From Neophaeotheca triangularis (taxonomy: Eukaryota): a DNA stretch of 64,000 bases. Below, piece by piece: positions 35,373 to 48,933 of the stretch. The position numbers were made by a program, and so were the translations under genes. Numbering within the stretch: position 1 is the first letter of the stretch; each line of letters opens with the position of its first letter. The notes beneath the pieces were generated by a model that worked only from the letters and a program-made list of their open reading frames with translations, made no database searches and was not told the origin of the DNA. The stretch lies in the NCBI GenBank assembly GCA_054600435.1, contig BAAIJX010000004.1, forward strand, positions 124,001-188,000. Direction: 5' to 3'.

Positions 35373-37122
35373 ATGGCCCAGTCGGCGCTTCACCATGGCT
35401 CCAACATCCCCACCCTCCGCACCTCTTACCTCCCGCAACCCGAGCACACGAGCAGTAGCGAATCTCCCATGACACAGCAGAATGGCCTCACCTGGGACTT
35501 GCGGACACCATCCGACGGCAGCCACGGACAAGGCATCGTGGGCATGGACGCCAAACCCCATCACGGCATGAGTAGCCAGGGCAAGGGCGTCATCATAGGC
35601 GTATGCTCGGCTTTCGGATCCGCGGTCGTGGTGGCATTGTTGATTCTGCTAGTCTATTTCCTGCGATACAGCAACACTGGGAGGATCATGCTGGATAGAC
35701 TGGCGAGACCGGGAGAGTTTGATGATGAGCAGCAATTTATGAGGGAAGAGGAGGAGGCAATGGCGGCGATGACGGAGTCGGAGCGGCAAGAGTGGTTGAG
35801 GGCGAAAGGTGAGATCACACCACACTGGAAGGCTAGGATGTGATGGGATCGTGCGTTGCTGATACGTGATTGTAGCTTTTGTCCAGGCCAACCCGCCCGA
35901 GTCTATGCAGACGGATATTTCGCTTTCGCAATTCCTGGCGATACAGGAAAAAGGCGTTAGCGCTTGGGAGTTTGAGCCTGAATTGGAGATTGCGAATTGC
36001 TTTGTCGAAGCTCGTACGGAGATTGAGTTCTTCGATGCCGAGTGCAGCGTGCAGTCCAATCTCCCTATACCAAAGCAAAACGAAGTATACTACTGGGAGG
36101 CAAAACTCTACGAAAAGCCCGAGACCACCACCGTCAACATTGGCCTGACGACCAAGCCCTACCCGCTGTTTCGACTTCCTGGTTTCCACCAACACAGCCT
36201 AGCCTACTCCTCCCTCGGCGTACGGCGTTACAACCAACCTTTCCAAGCAACCCCCTACGCTGTTCCCTTTGTTCAAGGCGACGTGATAGGTGTCGGCTAT
36301 CGGCCCCGCACCGGCACAGTCTTCTTCACCCGCAACGGCAAAAAGCTAGAAGACATGGCACACGGTCTGAAATCCCAGAATTTCTTCCCCACTATCGGCG
36401 CAAATGGTCCAGCCTCTATCCACGTCAATTTCGGACAAGCGGGCTTCGTCTTCATAGAAGCAAACGTCAAGAAATGGGGTCTCGCGCCGCAAACAGGTAG
36501 TCTGGCACCGCCACCTCCTTACGGCAGCGAACAAGGCAGCATCCTCCTCGAGGGTGGACAAGCCGGGGTACGGGAGGGTCAAGGCTGGGTGCCCGGTCAT
36601 CCGGGTCGAGGAGGATCAAACCAAATCCGTCTCGCCCGCGGTCCGACAGCCCAAAGTCCAGGCCCCCAACGCAGTCCCACAGACATCAGCCTCGCGCAAT
36701 TAAACCTCATGGACTCACAAGAAGAAGAAGACGAAAATCCCGCTGGCGAGGGCCGGAGCACCACACCCGCAAATCAATCACAATCTCAATCCCGACAACC
36801 ACAAGACCAAGACCAAGACCAATCCTCCCACCGTCCTAGTCACTCCTCGTCCTCCGAAGAACCTCCCTTACACCCCGGGCTCCCTTTCGAACCCGTCGAC
36901 CACGATCCGCCGGGCTACGAATCCCCCGACGACAACGACGACGACCCGCAAACCCCATCATCCCACCGTCCGAGTACCGACAGCGATTCGCGGCCTTTAC
37001 TCGACAACCCCAACAATGATGAAACCGGCCGCTCCAGTCCTCCGATCCCTACTTACGAGGCCGCAGTCAGCGACATCGAAGCCGGGCGGGGAAGGAGTTC
37101 TACCCGTGGGGCGAGGGGGTAG
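35373..37122 (+). CDS. SSH4: SPRY-domain Rsp5 adaptor (SSH4/EAR1 family); exons 35373-35808, 35876-37122; start uncertain
   Basis: Single N-terminal TM helix; SPRY motifs VYYWEAK, KPYPLFRLPG and GDVIGVGYRPRTGTVFFTRNGKKL; PY motifs PPPPY and PPGY. Confidence 0.88.
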
Positions 37123-38441
37123 AACGATGTTTACAGTGGAAATACAAGCGCCGTGATGGGGCTTTCTTCTTCTTTTCCTGTGCATGTGTGTGTTTCAAGC
37201 GTCAGGCGTTCTAGGTAAAGACGCCCCGATGACTCCGGAGGCGAGCTACGGCTTGCGCTGGGCTCGGGGCAAGATGGGTTGGATTTGGGTTGGTGGAGTT
37301 GTTTTCTGGTTCTGACGCGGGAGGATAGGATAAGCACCCCGCTTTGCTCGAGAGCGGGTATCAATGAGGACTTGAACTCACAGGGCATGGGCTGGGGGTT
37401 TTTACGAAACGAATGTACATGACGGCCCTCATCTTTTCGCCCCTGTTATACGCGGCTGGCATCGGGCTAGGCAGGCTAGTCAGGTAGACGAGGGAATAGA
37501 AGACCTTTTTTTTTTTTTGAGTCTGTTCGGGCGATGGTGTTGTACTAGTGAGTGAGTGCGTGTGCTGCGCTGTGCCGTGGCGTCGATCGACGGGCTTCGG
37601 TGAAAATCGCGCGGGTAGACGCCTTATTCATTCATGAGCGGAGTGGTGAAGGGCAGGAGAGCGGAGAGATTGAGACGTCGATACCCTTTCGCCGTCTTCT
37701 CGCTGTGAAAGTACTGTAGTCTATGGATCAACAAGTCTGCCCTTTTCTACTCCACCATACTCCGCGCCGCACCACCAGCCCAGCTCAGCCCATTATCAAC
37801 ATCAATGCCATGCCATGCCATTTCGTCCCATCGCATGCCTGCCTGCCATACCCACACGACACCGTGCCGTCCCGCCACGGCCATCCAAGCTTTTCCCCAT
37901 CCCCGACCCCTCTGTAATCGTGCCATACTACGCCACACGCATCCCTTCCAGTCCTAGGCAAAACCTCAACCACACCATGCATTTTTCCCCTGCCCGCTCG
38001 CTGAGAAAGTTACAAACCGCGTTACCGACCTAGCTACATGGGCCGAGAAGAGGAGAAACGGAACAGAGAGCTGGAGCAATCAAAGCCCTTGGCCACAGTT
38101 GGGAAAGAATGGTAGAATGAGGGGGGGGAAATAAAAGAAATTGCTGCCGCCTAGTGCGGACAGATGCTACGCTAAGCTAACGTTTCAGATCGGGCTAAAA
38201 AGCACCAGTAAGCGGGAAAAAAGCCACGCGGGGAAAGAGAAAGGTTCAAGGTGGGAAGAGCCAGCTGGGAAACCCTCGTCGGGGGGGTTTTGACCTATCT
38301 TCAGGGGTCGGCGAGAAAGTGAGGCCAGCCAACAACGGTCGTCGAAACCCACCTTTTGCTCCTTCCCGAAACCACGGCGGCAGTCCCGCCAGATCATGCA
38401 CTCCATCTCACCCTCCACTCAATGCAAACTCAACTCGATCC

Positions 38442-41351
38442 CTAAAATGAATACAACCCCTTAAGCGCCCTCACCTGCTCGGCGGGTAAATTCGCACCCA
38501 ACCATCCCTCCCAGCCTTCCGCACCCCCAATCAACCCCTTGTAAGTTACGAGAACTTGCTCGAAAACTCCCAAAGGCCCATCGCCCTGCATGCCAGTCAA
38601 AAAGACACCCGGCGCCGACGCCATCTCCGCGACAAACGCCCCCAAACACGCTTCCATGGCTTGCGGGTTGTCTAGGACAACGAGGCTGAAACCCTTGTAA
38701 GCGTGGCCTTTTTCGTCCGTCCAGGCGACGTTGCTGAGGCTGTTGAGGAAAGGGGGCGCGAAAGTTGAGAGGTGGGGTGCAAGGTGCGAGTGGTTGTTGA
38801 GGCCCAGGCGGCCGAGAGCTATGGCGGCGTTTTCGTGGAGGGATTCCGGGACCGAGGGGGAGAAGATGATGGCGGCGAGTTTTTGCAAGATGCGGTCGAC
38901 GTAGGGGGTTATCTGGGACGAGGGCGTGCGCATGCTGATCTCGCCGCAGGACCAGCAGGCGTTATTGATGACGCGGAAGGCGGTTTCCGGGTCACGCTTG
39001 GCGGTTGAGAGGTCGAGCTGGATTATGAGGAGTTCGAGAAGGGTGGGGAGGTAGGGTTGGAGCTGTGGGAAGACGTAGATGGCGCAGTCGCCTAGCAGGG
39101 CGTAGGCGGATTGCCGCACGTCGTTGTTGGCGTCTTTCATGCAATAGGCCAGGAGTTCGAACATGTTGGGGCTGGCGTCGAGGGTGAGTTCGTTGGCGCG
39201 GGGTTCGTCGAGGGCTTGGACGATGGAGGAGAGGAGATCGAGTGAGGTTACGAGGAAGTCTTTGTCGGGCTGTTCGTAGGGGTGGTTGGCCTCTTCAGCC
39301 GCAATGCCTTGGGAGAGGTTTTGGTGGATGATTTTGATGCAGCGCATGAAGAAGGGGCGGGCGAAGGGGGTGAAGCTTGTGCCGAGGGCCGTGGCCATGA
39401 AGGCGAGGCATTCGAGCAGGGGAAACATTTCGCGGGATTGGTCTTGAACTTTTTGCCATCGGTCGATGAGAGCGGGCATGAGAGCGTTGATGAGCTCGGG
39501 CTGCGCAAGTGTCGGTCCGGTCTGCTCGGCTAGAGTTTGCACGCAGTCGTAGAGGACGAACATGTTCTTGTCCTTATACCTGCCGAAGCATTTGACGAAT
39601 TGCGGAATGATGACCGAACAGTATGGCATAAGCTCAGCCCCAGCGGATTCCTCGAGGATAGCAAAGGAAGATGCAGCCGAGCCTTGAACTTTCTTATTGT
39701 TGTCGAGCATGCGTTGGAGGATACCATCCATCATGGGCTCGAAGAACTCTTGCTTGCCCGCCGGATCAAGCTGAGAAGCCCAGTTGGCGAACCGACTAAG
39801 TGCCCAACAGCTGATTTGCCTGACCACAGCCTGTTCGTCCTTGAGAAGAGAAATCAGGTAAGGCACAAGCTGAGGCAGATGCGGTCGAATGACATCCATA
39901 CAACCAGGGCCGATAGCACCCAACGCAAGCACAGCAGCCTCTCGATTCTGCCAATCACGATGGCTCAAATTCTCCATCAGCCAGGGCAAAGTTACCTCAA
40001 AGACAGATCCGTGGAAATGGGAAGCCAGACTGTCGAGTGTAGCCGCCGAGCATTTGCGAAGATTCCATTCCTCCTCCGGGTCGATTTCGTAATCATCATC
40101 ATCCTCCTCTATTTCACCTTCGCTTAGCTCGTCATCCTCGTATGCAAACCCATTATCGGAAACCTTGTTACCATTGGCCTGTTGCGATGTTGCGCCCGCT
40201 GCATCTCCAGCGCCACCTTTCGACGTCTTTGAAGTCGCAAACTGCGGCTTGATATCCTTCTCCTCGTCTTCCTCCTCAGCATCATCCTCGTCATTCATGA
40301 ATCTCAATTGGTCATCTTCGCTGTAAATCATGCACTCCAGCAGAACAGGCACAATTTGCGGTAGTTGCGGACCTAGAGCATCGCGCAGGACGGCCGTACT
40401 GCTAGCTTCGAAGAAAAATTCCGCGGCATCCAGCGCAAGCTCCTGGTTTTGAACATTGCGCTGCTGAGAGAGCGTGTACTCGACGACTCCCTCTACATGC
40501 GGCACAAGCGCGTCGGGTAGTCCATCGGCCAAAAGTGCAAACGCTCGACAAACGGCTCGCCTCACATCGTCCTTTGGATCTTGCGACTGCTGAACAAGCT
40601 TTTGCAGAATGTCGCCAATGTTGTCCGCGCAAGTGGTCGCGACAGGCTCATTGAGGAAGATGTTGATAGTGCTGAGAGCTTTCGACCGGACCCTGTCGTT
40701 TGGATGTCCAACAAACTCGAGCAGTTTCGGAAGGAGGAAGGCCAGCGGTCTTCCCGAGCCTTCATACTCCTTGTCCAGCGCTTTCTTGTTGTCTTCACAA
40801 ATCTTGAACAATGCGCTCATGGCGCCATCTTGCATGTCCGGTGTCGCTTCTTCGCTGGCTACCATGGAGACAATGTCGGGCACAATCTGTGTCCAGCCTA
40901 GAATCCCCCCCTGTCGCACCACCTCGGTAATGACATTGCCAGCAAAGTTTCGTATTTGCGCGTTGGAATCTCGGAGACCTGTGGGTACTGTTGCCTTGAT
41001 ATAGGCGACGCTGTCCTGTGGCACTGTCTTGAAGTTGTTCTTGACATTGTTCTTCAGGTACAGAGCTGCTGCACTGCGCGCAGAGTGGTAAGCCGTTTGA
41101 TCGAGGCCGATGCTTGAGGGGGAGGGGCTAGCGATGAGGTATGCGAGGTAATTATTGAAGTCTGGCGAGTTTTTGGCCTGCTTGAGCATCTGTGTGGTCC
41201 CGTGTATTAGCATGTTTCACTTTGATGTATTTGCCTGCTGTAGAAGTACCATCTCTGCTTGCTTCTGCGCGGTAATGTCATGGCCACTCAAAGAGTCTCG
41301 CAGGTACTGTGCCAGAGTCGCCAGATTGTCTTGCGCCGGTTGCCAGTCCAT
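38442..41351 (-). CDS. KAP104: Transportin / importin beta-2; exons 41351-41250, 41189-38442
   Basis: MDWQP start, HEAT repeats, acidic loop (EDEEKDIKPQF...EEEWNLRKCSAATLD), PDKDFLVTSLDLLS and NNACWSCGEI. Confidence 0.93.
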
Positions 41352-43798
41352 GGTGGGTGGTGGTGTGGACGTTGGCCAAGAGGGTGGTGGATATAGTGGC
41401 AGGTTCGTCAGAGAGGGCAGAGGCGTGTCCGAAAGGTATGGCCGATTCTTATGAGGGCACAGGATTCTTGCGACTATTCACTGCGTTTTACAAGGGTTGG
41501 TTAGCATGAATGTGCCAGTCTGCCCCTCTGTGATAACACGACGGCATGGGAGCCCTACAATCAAGAAAGAGACGTGGTCGTCGACGCCTTGGCAATGGGT
41601 GTGGAAATGCGCTTTTGAGATGATGGGCCTCGTCGTCGTCGTCGTCCAATATTACCGCTTGCTGGCCGGATTGTCTGGAAGATGGTGCTCTAACATGTTA
41701 CCATTCTTGCGGCTGTATCTCTTTTTGTTTCTCGCGATCGCTGGTTCGGGTAAGCGCAGGCTTCGTTTGTTCCGATAGGCTGATGCGTGCGCGTCTTGGG
41801 TGGTGTGGGTAAGACGAGACGGGAGGGAGAGTGGTATATGAGAAGGGTAGAAGGGTAGCAGGCAGTGGTGTCGGTGGTGGTACGGGTAGTCTTGCGGACG
41901 AGAGGGACGCTTTGTATGAGGTGGGAGAAAAGTTGCGGCGCCCAAAGTGGGATGTGATGTGCAAAGGGTCCATCATCCGTGTGGAGTGGAGGCGGATGCA
42001 TGCGCGTGCACCTGAACTTCATCCCATCCAAACCATCTTCTTTGATTGGGTCCAGTACTAGCGGGTTCTAACTAACAGCAAGTTTGCTTCCTTCATCAAG
42101 GACAAATCCCTCGCATACCTATTCTACTCCGCATAATGCATGGCATGTAAGTCGTGGCCATGTCAAAGCCCTCGCTACCGCCAACCCGCCAACCCTAGTT
42201 GTACCACCTCAACCCCAAAGACAAGACAAGCAAAGAAGCGTATGACCGGTAATACTGAAAGACTTTTTCTCTCACCCCCTCCCTCATCAATGTCTCACCA
42301 AAGCGTTGCCTCGTCTCTTCCTCGCCCGAGCGTGGAAGCCATGCGGTGACCCCGGTAGTGCGCATGCTCCCTGCACGCGGGCGCCGCTCCCAGATCAACC
42401 CATGACAGCGGCTGTAGCACCGGCTCATGCAGGTACACTGAAGCCTCTTTCGCAGCCGGCCGTCTTGCCGTGTGGGAGGAGAGTTATAGGGCTGGTCTCG
42501 TAGTGACGGCTTCGCTCTGTCCGGCCCCCTTCGCTATGCAAGCTTTTCTCAAGTGTTTGTAGGAGGATTCGCTCAGAGTCTGTGGTGACCGAGATTGCTC
42601 AGAGTGCGTTCGTGCGACACACCATTTGAGCGTGGCCCTGGTCGTCTAACGTGGTACAGGAGTTGGGACTCGAGTGATCTGTAATTGTGAGGTCGCACTC
42701 AGCTTGCCTGAGGGGGTCTCGCAGCTTGCTTCTCTTCGTTTCTTGATGTTGATGCGCGACTCGGCTTATTACAACCGTTTTTCTGACGGTGCTTACGAGT
42801 GTTTTGGACAAGTGGCGATGTCTTCGGACGCTCCGTTGCTATGCCCCTGTGTTCTACGCTCCAGCAATTTATGCAGACCGAGTATGGAGGCAACCGTATA
42901 AAGAGCAAATCAGCTCGACTTCGTGGTCTGACTCGCCCAAGCCATGTCGTGTGCTTGCCATAGCCCTCCTGTGTCCTCGCTGTCGGCTCACTTTTCTAGT
43001 AAAGGACTTCGAGAAAGCAAAAAAGAAAGCCTTTGGTAACTTAAGCACTAAAGGGAAAGTGAACACACTCAATGAAGAAGTAGTTTAGCTTTCGGGGCAG
43101 TTGTTCTTAACGTCGGTGAACTGCGCGACGTTTCAGTCGCTAGTATAATGTCGTGACTGAGAAAAGGGGCGGGCGCTACTACGGGGAGGTGAACCCAGGC
43201 TTTCAAGTGGAGAATGATCTATAGATTGCGTCAACTTGTGTCTGGATTAGGAAGTTAAAAGGGCGAACGTACCGAGTGCGGGAGGCTGAATTTAATGTCT
43301 GTAGTTCGAAATGCTCTTCATCCGTTGGAAACTTAGCGGCAGACCCTTTCACTTCCCGCTGCCTCAAACATTCACTTTCGCCACCTCAGTCCAGCAGAGA
43401 CTTAATGTCCCGGGTTAAGTTTCCTTGATTGATCAGCCCACTCGCGACAAGCCGTCAAAAGTGAAGGCCTCCACCGGTCCTCCATTGGGCCCCTGCCATC
43501 TTCGAGATTCATTGCAGACTTGCCGGGGCCTACAAGATCCGTCCATACGCCGGAGCGAGAACTGTTCGTCCCTCAAACACACGAGGGCGGTAGCTCAGGA
43601 CGGGTCCAGCAATCCCAGCGAGCCCTCCGACTTTAATGAATAGCAACCGTCACTTCAGCAGCCACCAGAAAGCATCTGAGGAGACACCCAATCTACACTG
43701 TTCCGCCGATAGGGCAACCCAAGCCCGCCATGACGTTGCAGTCAATCCATCGTCGACAGCCGGCTCGCTACAGCGTCCGGGAAGACCCAAACCCCTCT

Positions 43799-44665
43799 TC
43801 AAACTTCGCTCTCCCCCCTCTCACCCTCCACAACAGTCTCAACAGTAAACAGCACCTCCCTCTCCGTCCTGACCCAAACCTCCCCCCCAACAACCCGATT
43901 ACTAGTACTAACCTGCCTGCCCATCTCCGTCTCCCACTCACTCACATCCCACTCCAAACCCCCCGTACTAACAACCGCCTTACCAAACACCGGCAGCACC
44001 CCGACACTCCTACCCAAAAGCCCCTCCCTCATATCCGTAACCAAACACGTAACTCCCACGTTCAAAAGCACAGACACGTTGCTCTCGGTGAACAGCCAGA
44101 ACCGCGTACCGGGGTGCCGGTGCACTTGCTCCCGGTAGAGTTCATGCAGGAGGCCGAGGCCTTGGTCAACGCGCCCGCTGAGAGAGCCGAGGACCAGGAC
44201 GTCCGTGACGGGTGGCGAGCGCTGGTGCAGGGCGAGCGTGATGGCTTTGCCGAAGTCCGTGCTGTATTGGTCGTGGTCTTGGGTTACTGGAATGTTAAGG
44301 TTGGTGTACAGCTCGCGGACTGTGGGTTTGAGGGAGTCCAGGTCGCCGTGGATGTGGTGGGGGAGGAGTTTTTGGAGAGCGGTGCTGGGAGGGAGCTGGG
44401 GGAATTTGGAGGTTAGGAGGTCGTGGAGGCGGTTGGCGCCGCCGTCGGCGCAGATGGTTTGGATTGAGTGGCTGTGGAGTCGGGAGAGGAGGTCGTAGTC
44501 GTTCAAGGGGGAATTGAGGATGATTAGAGCGGAGGTTTGGTTGGATGGGTCTGGGTTGGGTCTGAGATATTGGGCTGGGTCTAGTCGGTAGTCTGGACTT
44601 TCGGTCGCTATGCTGGGATTTACGATGCTGTCGGATTTATTGTGAGTGATTTTAGGGTCGTCCAT
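43799..44665 (-). CDS. THI80: Thiamine pyrophosphokinase
   Basis: ALIILN, ICADGGANRL, IHGDLDSL, DQYSTDFGKA, LGSLSGRVDQ and TGGLEWDV..TEMGRQVSTSN. Confidence 0.93.
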   Translation of the reverse strand: MDDPKITHNKSDSIVNPSIATESPDYRLDPAQYLRPNPDPSNQTSALIILNSPLNDYDLLSRLHSHSIQTICADGGANRLHDLLTSKFPQLPPSTALQKLLPHHIHGDLDSLKPTVRELYTNLNIPVTQDHDQYSTDFGKAITLALHQRSPPVTDVLVLGSLSGRVDQGLGLLHELYREQVHRHPGTRFWLFTESNVSVLLNVGVTCLVTDMREGLLGRSVGVLPVFGKAVVSTGGLEWDVSEWETEMGRQVSTSNRVVGGEVWVRTEREVLFTVETVVEGERGESEV

Positions 44666-44903
44666 GACTGCAATGAGTATATATCTATTGAAGACGGATT
44701 GTAGCAAAGATAAATGTACTCGTATGGCGGTGCTTGGCATATATGCACAATGCGGCCACTCGGGAGTACCCGCCAGAAAGTGCGATTGGTAAGAAAGTTA
44801 TGTACCTAGTAGAACATCATCAATCCCGAGCCTTCAGACCCTACCTATAGGTACTGGCTTCAGACTTCAGAACCTTCGTGTCGACACACAGTATCCGCTC
44901 AAA

Positions 44904-45916
44904 ATGTACAGGACCGTTCTCCGCGCTGTCCCGACAGCAACGCTCCCCCGAGCGGCCTCCAAAACCGCCGGCAAGCGATTCATCACCACAGCGCCTCCTC
45001 ACAAGACATCGCGAAGCTGGAAGAACTCGGCGGCGCGATGGGGGTTGGCAGGAACACTGGTGTACTACTACAACACGGCTGTGGTATTCGCCGAAGAGCC
45101 TGAATGTACGTAGTTCCATGCACCCAAGCCCAGGTAGATAATGCTAACCAAATGTTCCCCCCCGTAGACGTCGCCCACGCTCCCCCCGAAGCCCCCCGCG
45201 AAGACGAGACCTACGCCACCCTCGACACGATCGCCGAGCAACGGCGTGCGCAAGCCCGGTCTCAGATCGCCTCTTCCCCTCCTACCAACGCCCCCACCGC
45301 TGCCAACCCGTCCGATGCGCCACCGGCCACCCAGCCGGAAGGCTTAGAAGAGGAAGCTAGCCAAGAAGGCGCTTTCAACGAAGAGACGGGTGAGATCAAC
45401 TGGGATTGCCCCTGCCTGGGCGGCATGGCGCATGGGCCTTGCGGTGAGGAGTTCAGGAATGCGTTTAGCTGTTTTGTGTTCTCCAAGGAAGAGCCGAAGG
45501 GAGTGGATTGTATTGAGAACTTCAAGTAAGTATGGACGATGAGAGGGAAGAGGGATAACTACAGTCATGAAGTTGGCGTATTGACTTTTGTTTTCAGGGC
45601 TATGCAGACTTGTTTCAGACAACACCCCGATATCTACGGCGCAGAGCTCGACGACGAAGAGCTGGAGCCGCCGCCACAGGAGACCACCGACGCCATCGCG
45701 CGGAACGATCCCTCTAGAGGCGAGAAGGTGGAAGTTCACACACGAGACAGTGCGGCTCCGTCAGCTTCCGAGGCTGAAGAGAAGCGACAAAGGGCCAAGG
45801 CAGCGACGCAGCAGGTGCAGCAGGATCACGACGACGAGAAGGCGAAGAGCGAGACTGACGAGGCGGTACCCAAGGCATGGCATGACGCTACCTCCGCTAA
45901 GCCGACGGAAAAGTAA
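44904..45916 (+). CDS. MIA40: Mitochondrial intermembrane-space import oxidoreductase; exons 44904-45105, 45168-45525, 45598-45916
   Basis: Presequence plus TM segment; [29 protein letters not shown]...[20 protein letters not shown] (CPC plus twin CX9C). Confidence 0.95.
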
Positions 45917-46425
45917 TCGAGATAGCGTTACTGTTGCATTGGAGGTGGCGCGGAATCATCGTACAGCATTTGAGCACATGGGTTGTAGCATATTGTACTG
46001 TACGTGTAATAACAATCCTCTCTCACCCTTGACTGATCCCTTACATATTCACCTCGGGTGCATCTTCGGGTGGATCATAGCACCCCAGCGCCTGCTTGGA
46101 GATAGAGGTCTCGCACAGGTGGCCTCGAGCTCGCCGTCGAGGTCTTTAATACCTTGTCCCTGCAGCTTTTGAGGTTGGACGGACAGGTAGCGCGTGGGAA
46201 CAAGCCTTCACCTAACCTCGAGACTTACTAAACCAGGACAGTCTTACCCTCTCAAGTCCCTGCTAAAACTATTGAGTCCGACCTTATGCAGCTCCCAATC
46301 TCGATTTTTTAAACGGGGCGGGTCTTGCGTTATCTTGGATATTCGCTGCAAAGTCGCTCTTTTTGAGAGGCACAGTTCGCTTGGCTTTTCTCGGCTGGCA
46401 CTGATCCTCGCCGGTGGCAGCGGGC

Positions 46426-47472
46426 TTAGACCCTCACTGTCCCGTTATCGCTCTTCACCAGCGTTCTGCCCGCCTTGACCAGGCTATTCTTGCACTGCCT
46501 GCCCGCCGCAAAGTCATCCAAGTTCGCCAACGTCACCTCTGCGATCTCCGTCAGAGCCTCCTCGGTGAAGAACGCCTGGTGCCCACACACCAGCACGTTG
46601 TGAAAAGTCATCAACCGCATGAGCTCATCATCATCCACAATCTCCCCCGAATGGTCGTTGAAGAACAAACTCCCCTCACCCTCATAAACATCCAACGCCA
46701 AGCCCCCTAGCTTCTTCCCCTTCAATGCCCTAATCGCCGCCGCTGTATCCACCAGCCCACCTCTCGACGTATTCACCAAAACCGCATCCCTCTTCATCAA
46801 CCCAAACCTCTCATCATCCATAAGATGCCTCGTGCTCTCCAACAACGGACAATGCAAACTCACGACATCGCTCTGGGCCAACAACTCCTCCAACCCCACA
46901 TAGCTGCCCCCGACCTCGGTCTTCAAAACCTCACTCTCAACAACATCAAACGCCAAAACTCTACACCCAAACCCCCTCATGATCCTCGCAAAACAAACCC
47001 CAATCCTCCCCGTCCCGACAACCCCAACAGTCTTACCGTGCAGCGTCCGCCCCAACAACCCCTCGATATTGAAATTCCCCTCCCTCACCCTGTTGTACGC
47101 GCGATGCGTCTTGCGGTTGAGCGTCTGGACCAGGCTGACGGCAAACTCGGCCACGGCCTCGGGGCTATACGCCGGGACGTTGGCGACGAAGAAGCCGAGC
47201 TCTTGCGCCCGCCCGACGTCGATGTTGTTGTAGCCCGCGCAGCGCAGCAGGATGCAGTGGATGTCTAGCGCGTGCAGGGTTTCGAGCACGGGTGCCGAGA
47301 GAGTGTCGTTTACGAAGGCGCAGATGGCGTCGCTGCCGGTTGCTAGGGAGGCGGTGGAGGGGGTTAGGGCCACCGGGTGGAAGGTTAGGGTTGTGGGGGA
47401 CTGGGTGTTGGTGGCCGTTGTGGTGAGGTAGTGTTTGTCGTAGGCTTTGGCGCTGAAGACGGAGAGCTTCAT
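46426..47472 (-). CDS. NAD-dependent D-lactate dehydrogenase (D-2-hydroxyacid dehydrogenase family)
   Basis: LRCAGYNNID, VPAYSPEAVAE, GVVGTGRIG, SLHCPL, LVNTSRGGLVD, LDVYEGE and GHQAFFT; intronless. Confidence 0.92.
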   Translation of the reverse strand: MKLSVFSAKAYDKHYLTTTATNTQSPTTLTFHPVALTPSTASLATGSDAICAFVNDTLSAPVLETLHALDIHCILLRCAGYNNIDVGRAQELGFFVANVPAYSPEAVAEFAVSLVQTLNRKTHRAYNRVREGNFNIEGLLGRTLHGKTVGVVGTGRIGVCFARIMRGFGCRVLAFDVVESEVLKTEVGGSYVGLEELLAQSDVVSLHCPLLESTRHLMDDERFGLMKRDAVLVNTSRGGLVDTAAAIRALKGKKLGGLALDVYEGEGSLFFNDHSGEIVDDDELMRLMTFHNVLVCGHQAFFTEEALTEIAEVTLANLDDFAAGRQCKNSLVKAGRTLVKSDNGTVRV

Positions 47473-48933
47473 CTTGTGTTGGGGTCGAGTGGTGGGCTGG
47501 TTCTGGATTGAGGGAATAGAGGGTGTGGGTGAGCAGTGGTTGGTACTTATGTGTAGCTACCTGGGTACTTATTGGAGCTCTCGAGAGCTGCGTGGAGCTT
47601 TGCAATGACTGCAGAGTCTTGACATGCTATCAGGTCACTTGGCGAATACCTACACGTGGCTAAGGTTGACCAGTCACCACCGGCAAGTAACGGAGGGATT
47701 GTTGTGATGGCGATAGCAAAACGGGACAAGGACGAAGAAGTGTAAGCCATGGATGAGGTGATGTTCGTCTCGTCTCGGCCCACATCCTCGCGATTCGCCG
47801 ATTCTCGGCTTGTTGACAAGACCGGACCGGCTTCAAAGGCCGACCGGTCACGATAGGAACTGCCTACTTGCTAGGTACCTAGGTAGTGAGGGCAGACAAG
47901 GTGGTAACAGCAGAACGCGAAAGGTCACAACCGTAGGACCAAACGATACAACTCCTACCCATCGACGTCATTCCAGCCTCTCAGCCACAATCATGCCTTC
48001 TCAACCCTTAGCAACTACGTCAAGCACCTACAGTAAGTCCAAGAACTCGACTACGGCTATAGCAAGGTCTTGGGCAAAGAGTGAATCAAAGCGTGCCAGA
48101 GACGCGTGCACTCATCCTACCCGCCTAGAGTACTTGAGTCTCCCGGCGGTGGCAATTCAACTTGAGTTTAATGCTTCGGCTACATAGTAAGGGAAACGAT
48201 GGGCCCCTTTTTACCCGCTTTGTGTGCGCTGCGAAGGGTAGCGGTGTATTGTACATCCGCCCGGGGATAAAAGTATGCTTGAAACTAGAGCTGGTGCCCT
48301 TTCTGTTGTCACGCGGAGGGGCGGCGTGCATAGCGTGGCAGTGGAAGATGTTTACGGGGGGAGGGGACATTCCGCTGGCAAGGACAAAATTGAGCTATGT
48401 TAGGTTCTGTATCTACTCCTCGCGTTCAGCTCCCAACACTGAGCGTGGCCAAACCCACTCAGAGCCCTAACGCTTCCCGTCAATGCGTGCTTTAACCTAG
48501 CCGCCGAACGTTATCGACGCCCGGGGGTTTTCTAGTCCATCACGAGGGCCAGCGGCCACGAAGTTGCTACCTGTGTGCTTGTTCGAACAGATCGGCTAGG
48601 TCGAGCTCGTGACAGACGATCAGGCCATTGCCAGATGCCGGTTTAGATGGGCATAATGGGCTTCCACTCTGACGATAGATTTGATCTAAAGATAGCATCT
48701 GGTGGATGCTCTAGCTGTGTCGTTTGGAGTTTGACTCCGGCAACGATAGCGCCGTTTCCAGTCGGTGCCGCTCACTCGAGTCGGGGTTCTGACTGCATGA
48801 CGAAGACCAGCTTCTATGGAGCGGAACGTCATGCACGGAAGCACTACTCGCCGCGTGCTCGGCTTAGCGAGACAAGGGCACAGAGAGAGGCCAGATCTAA
48901 GTATTCGATTGTCTAGCGATGAGGATATCCATC

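Noticed and set aside
1072..45916. Several mitochondrial-function genes as a functional cluster
   Set aside because: They are interspersed with unrelated genes and share no pathway; consistent with chance.
46426..47472. Intronless, bacterial ldhA-like D-LDH as a recent horizontal transfer
   Set aside because: The family is widespread in filamentous fungi, composition matches the neighbours, and several native genes here are also intronless.
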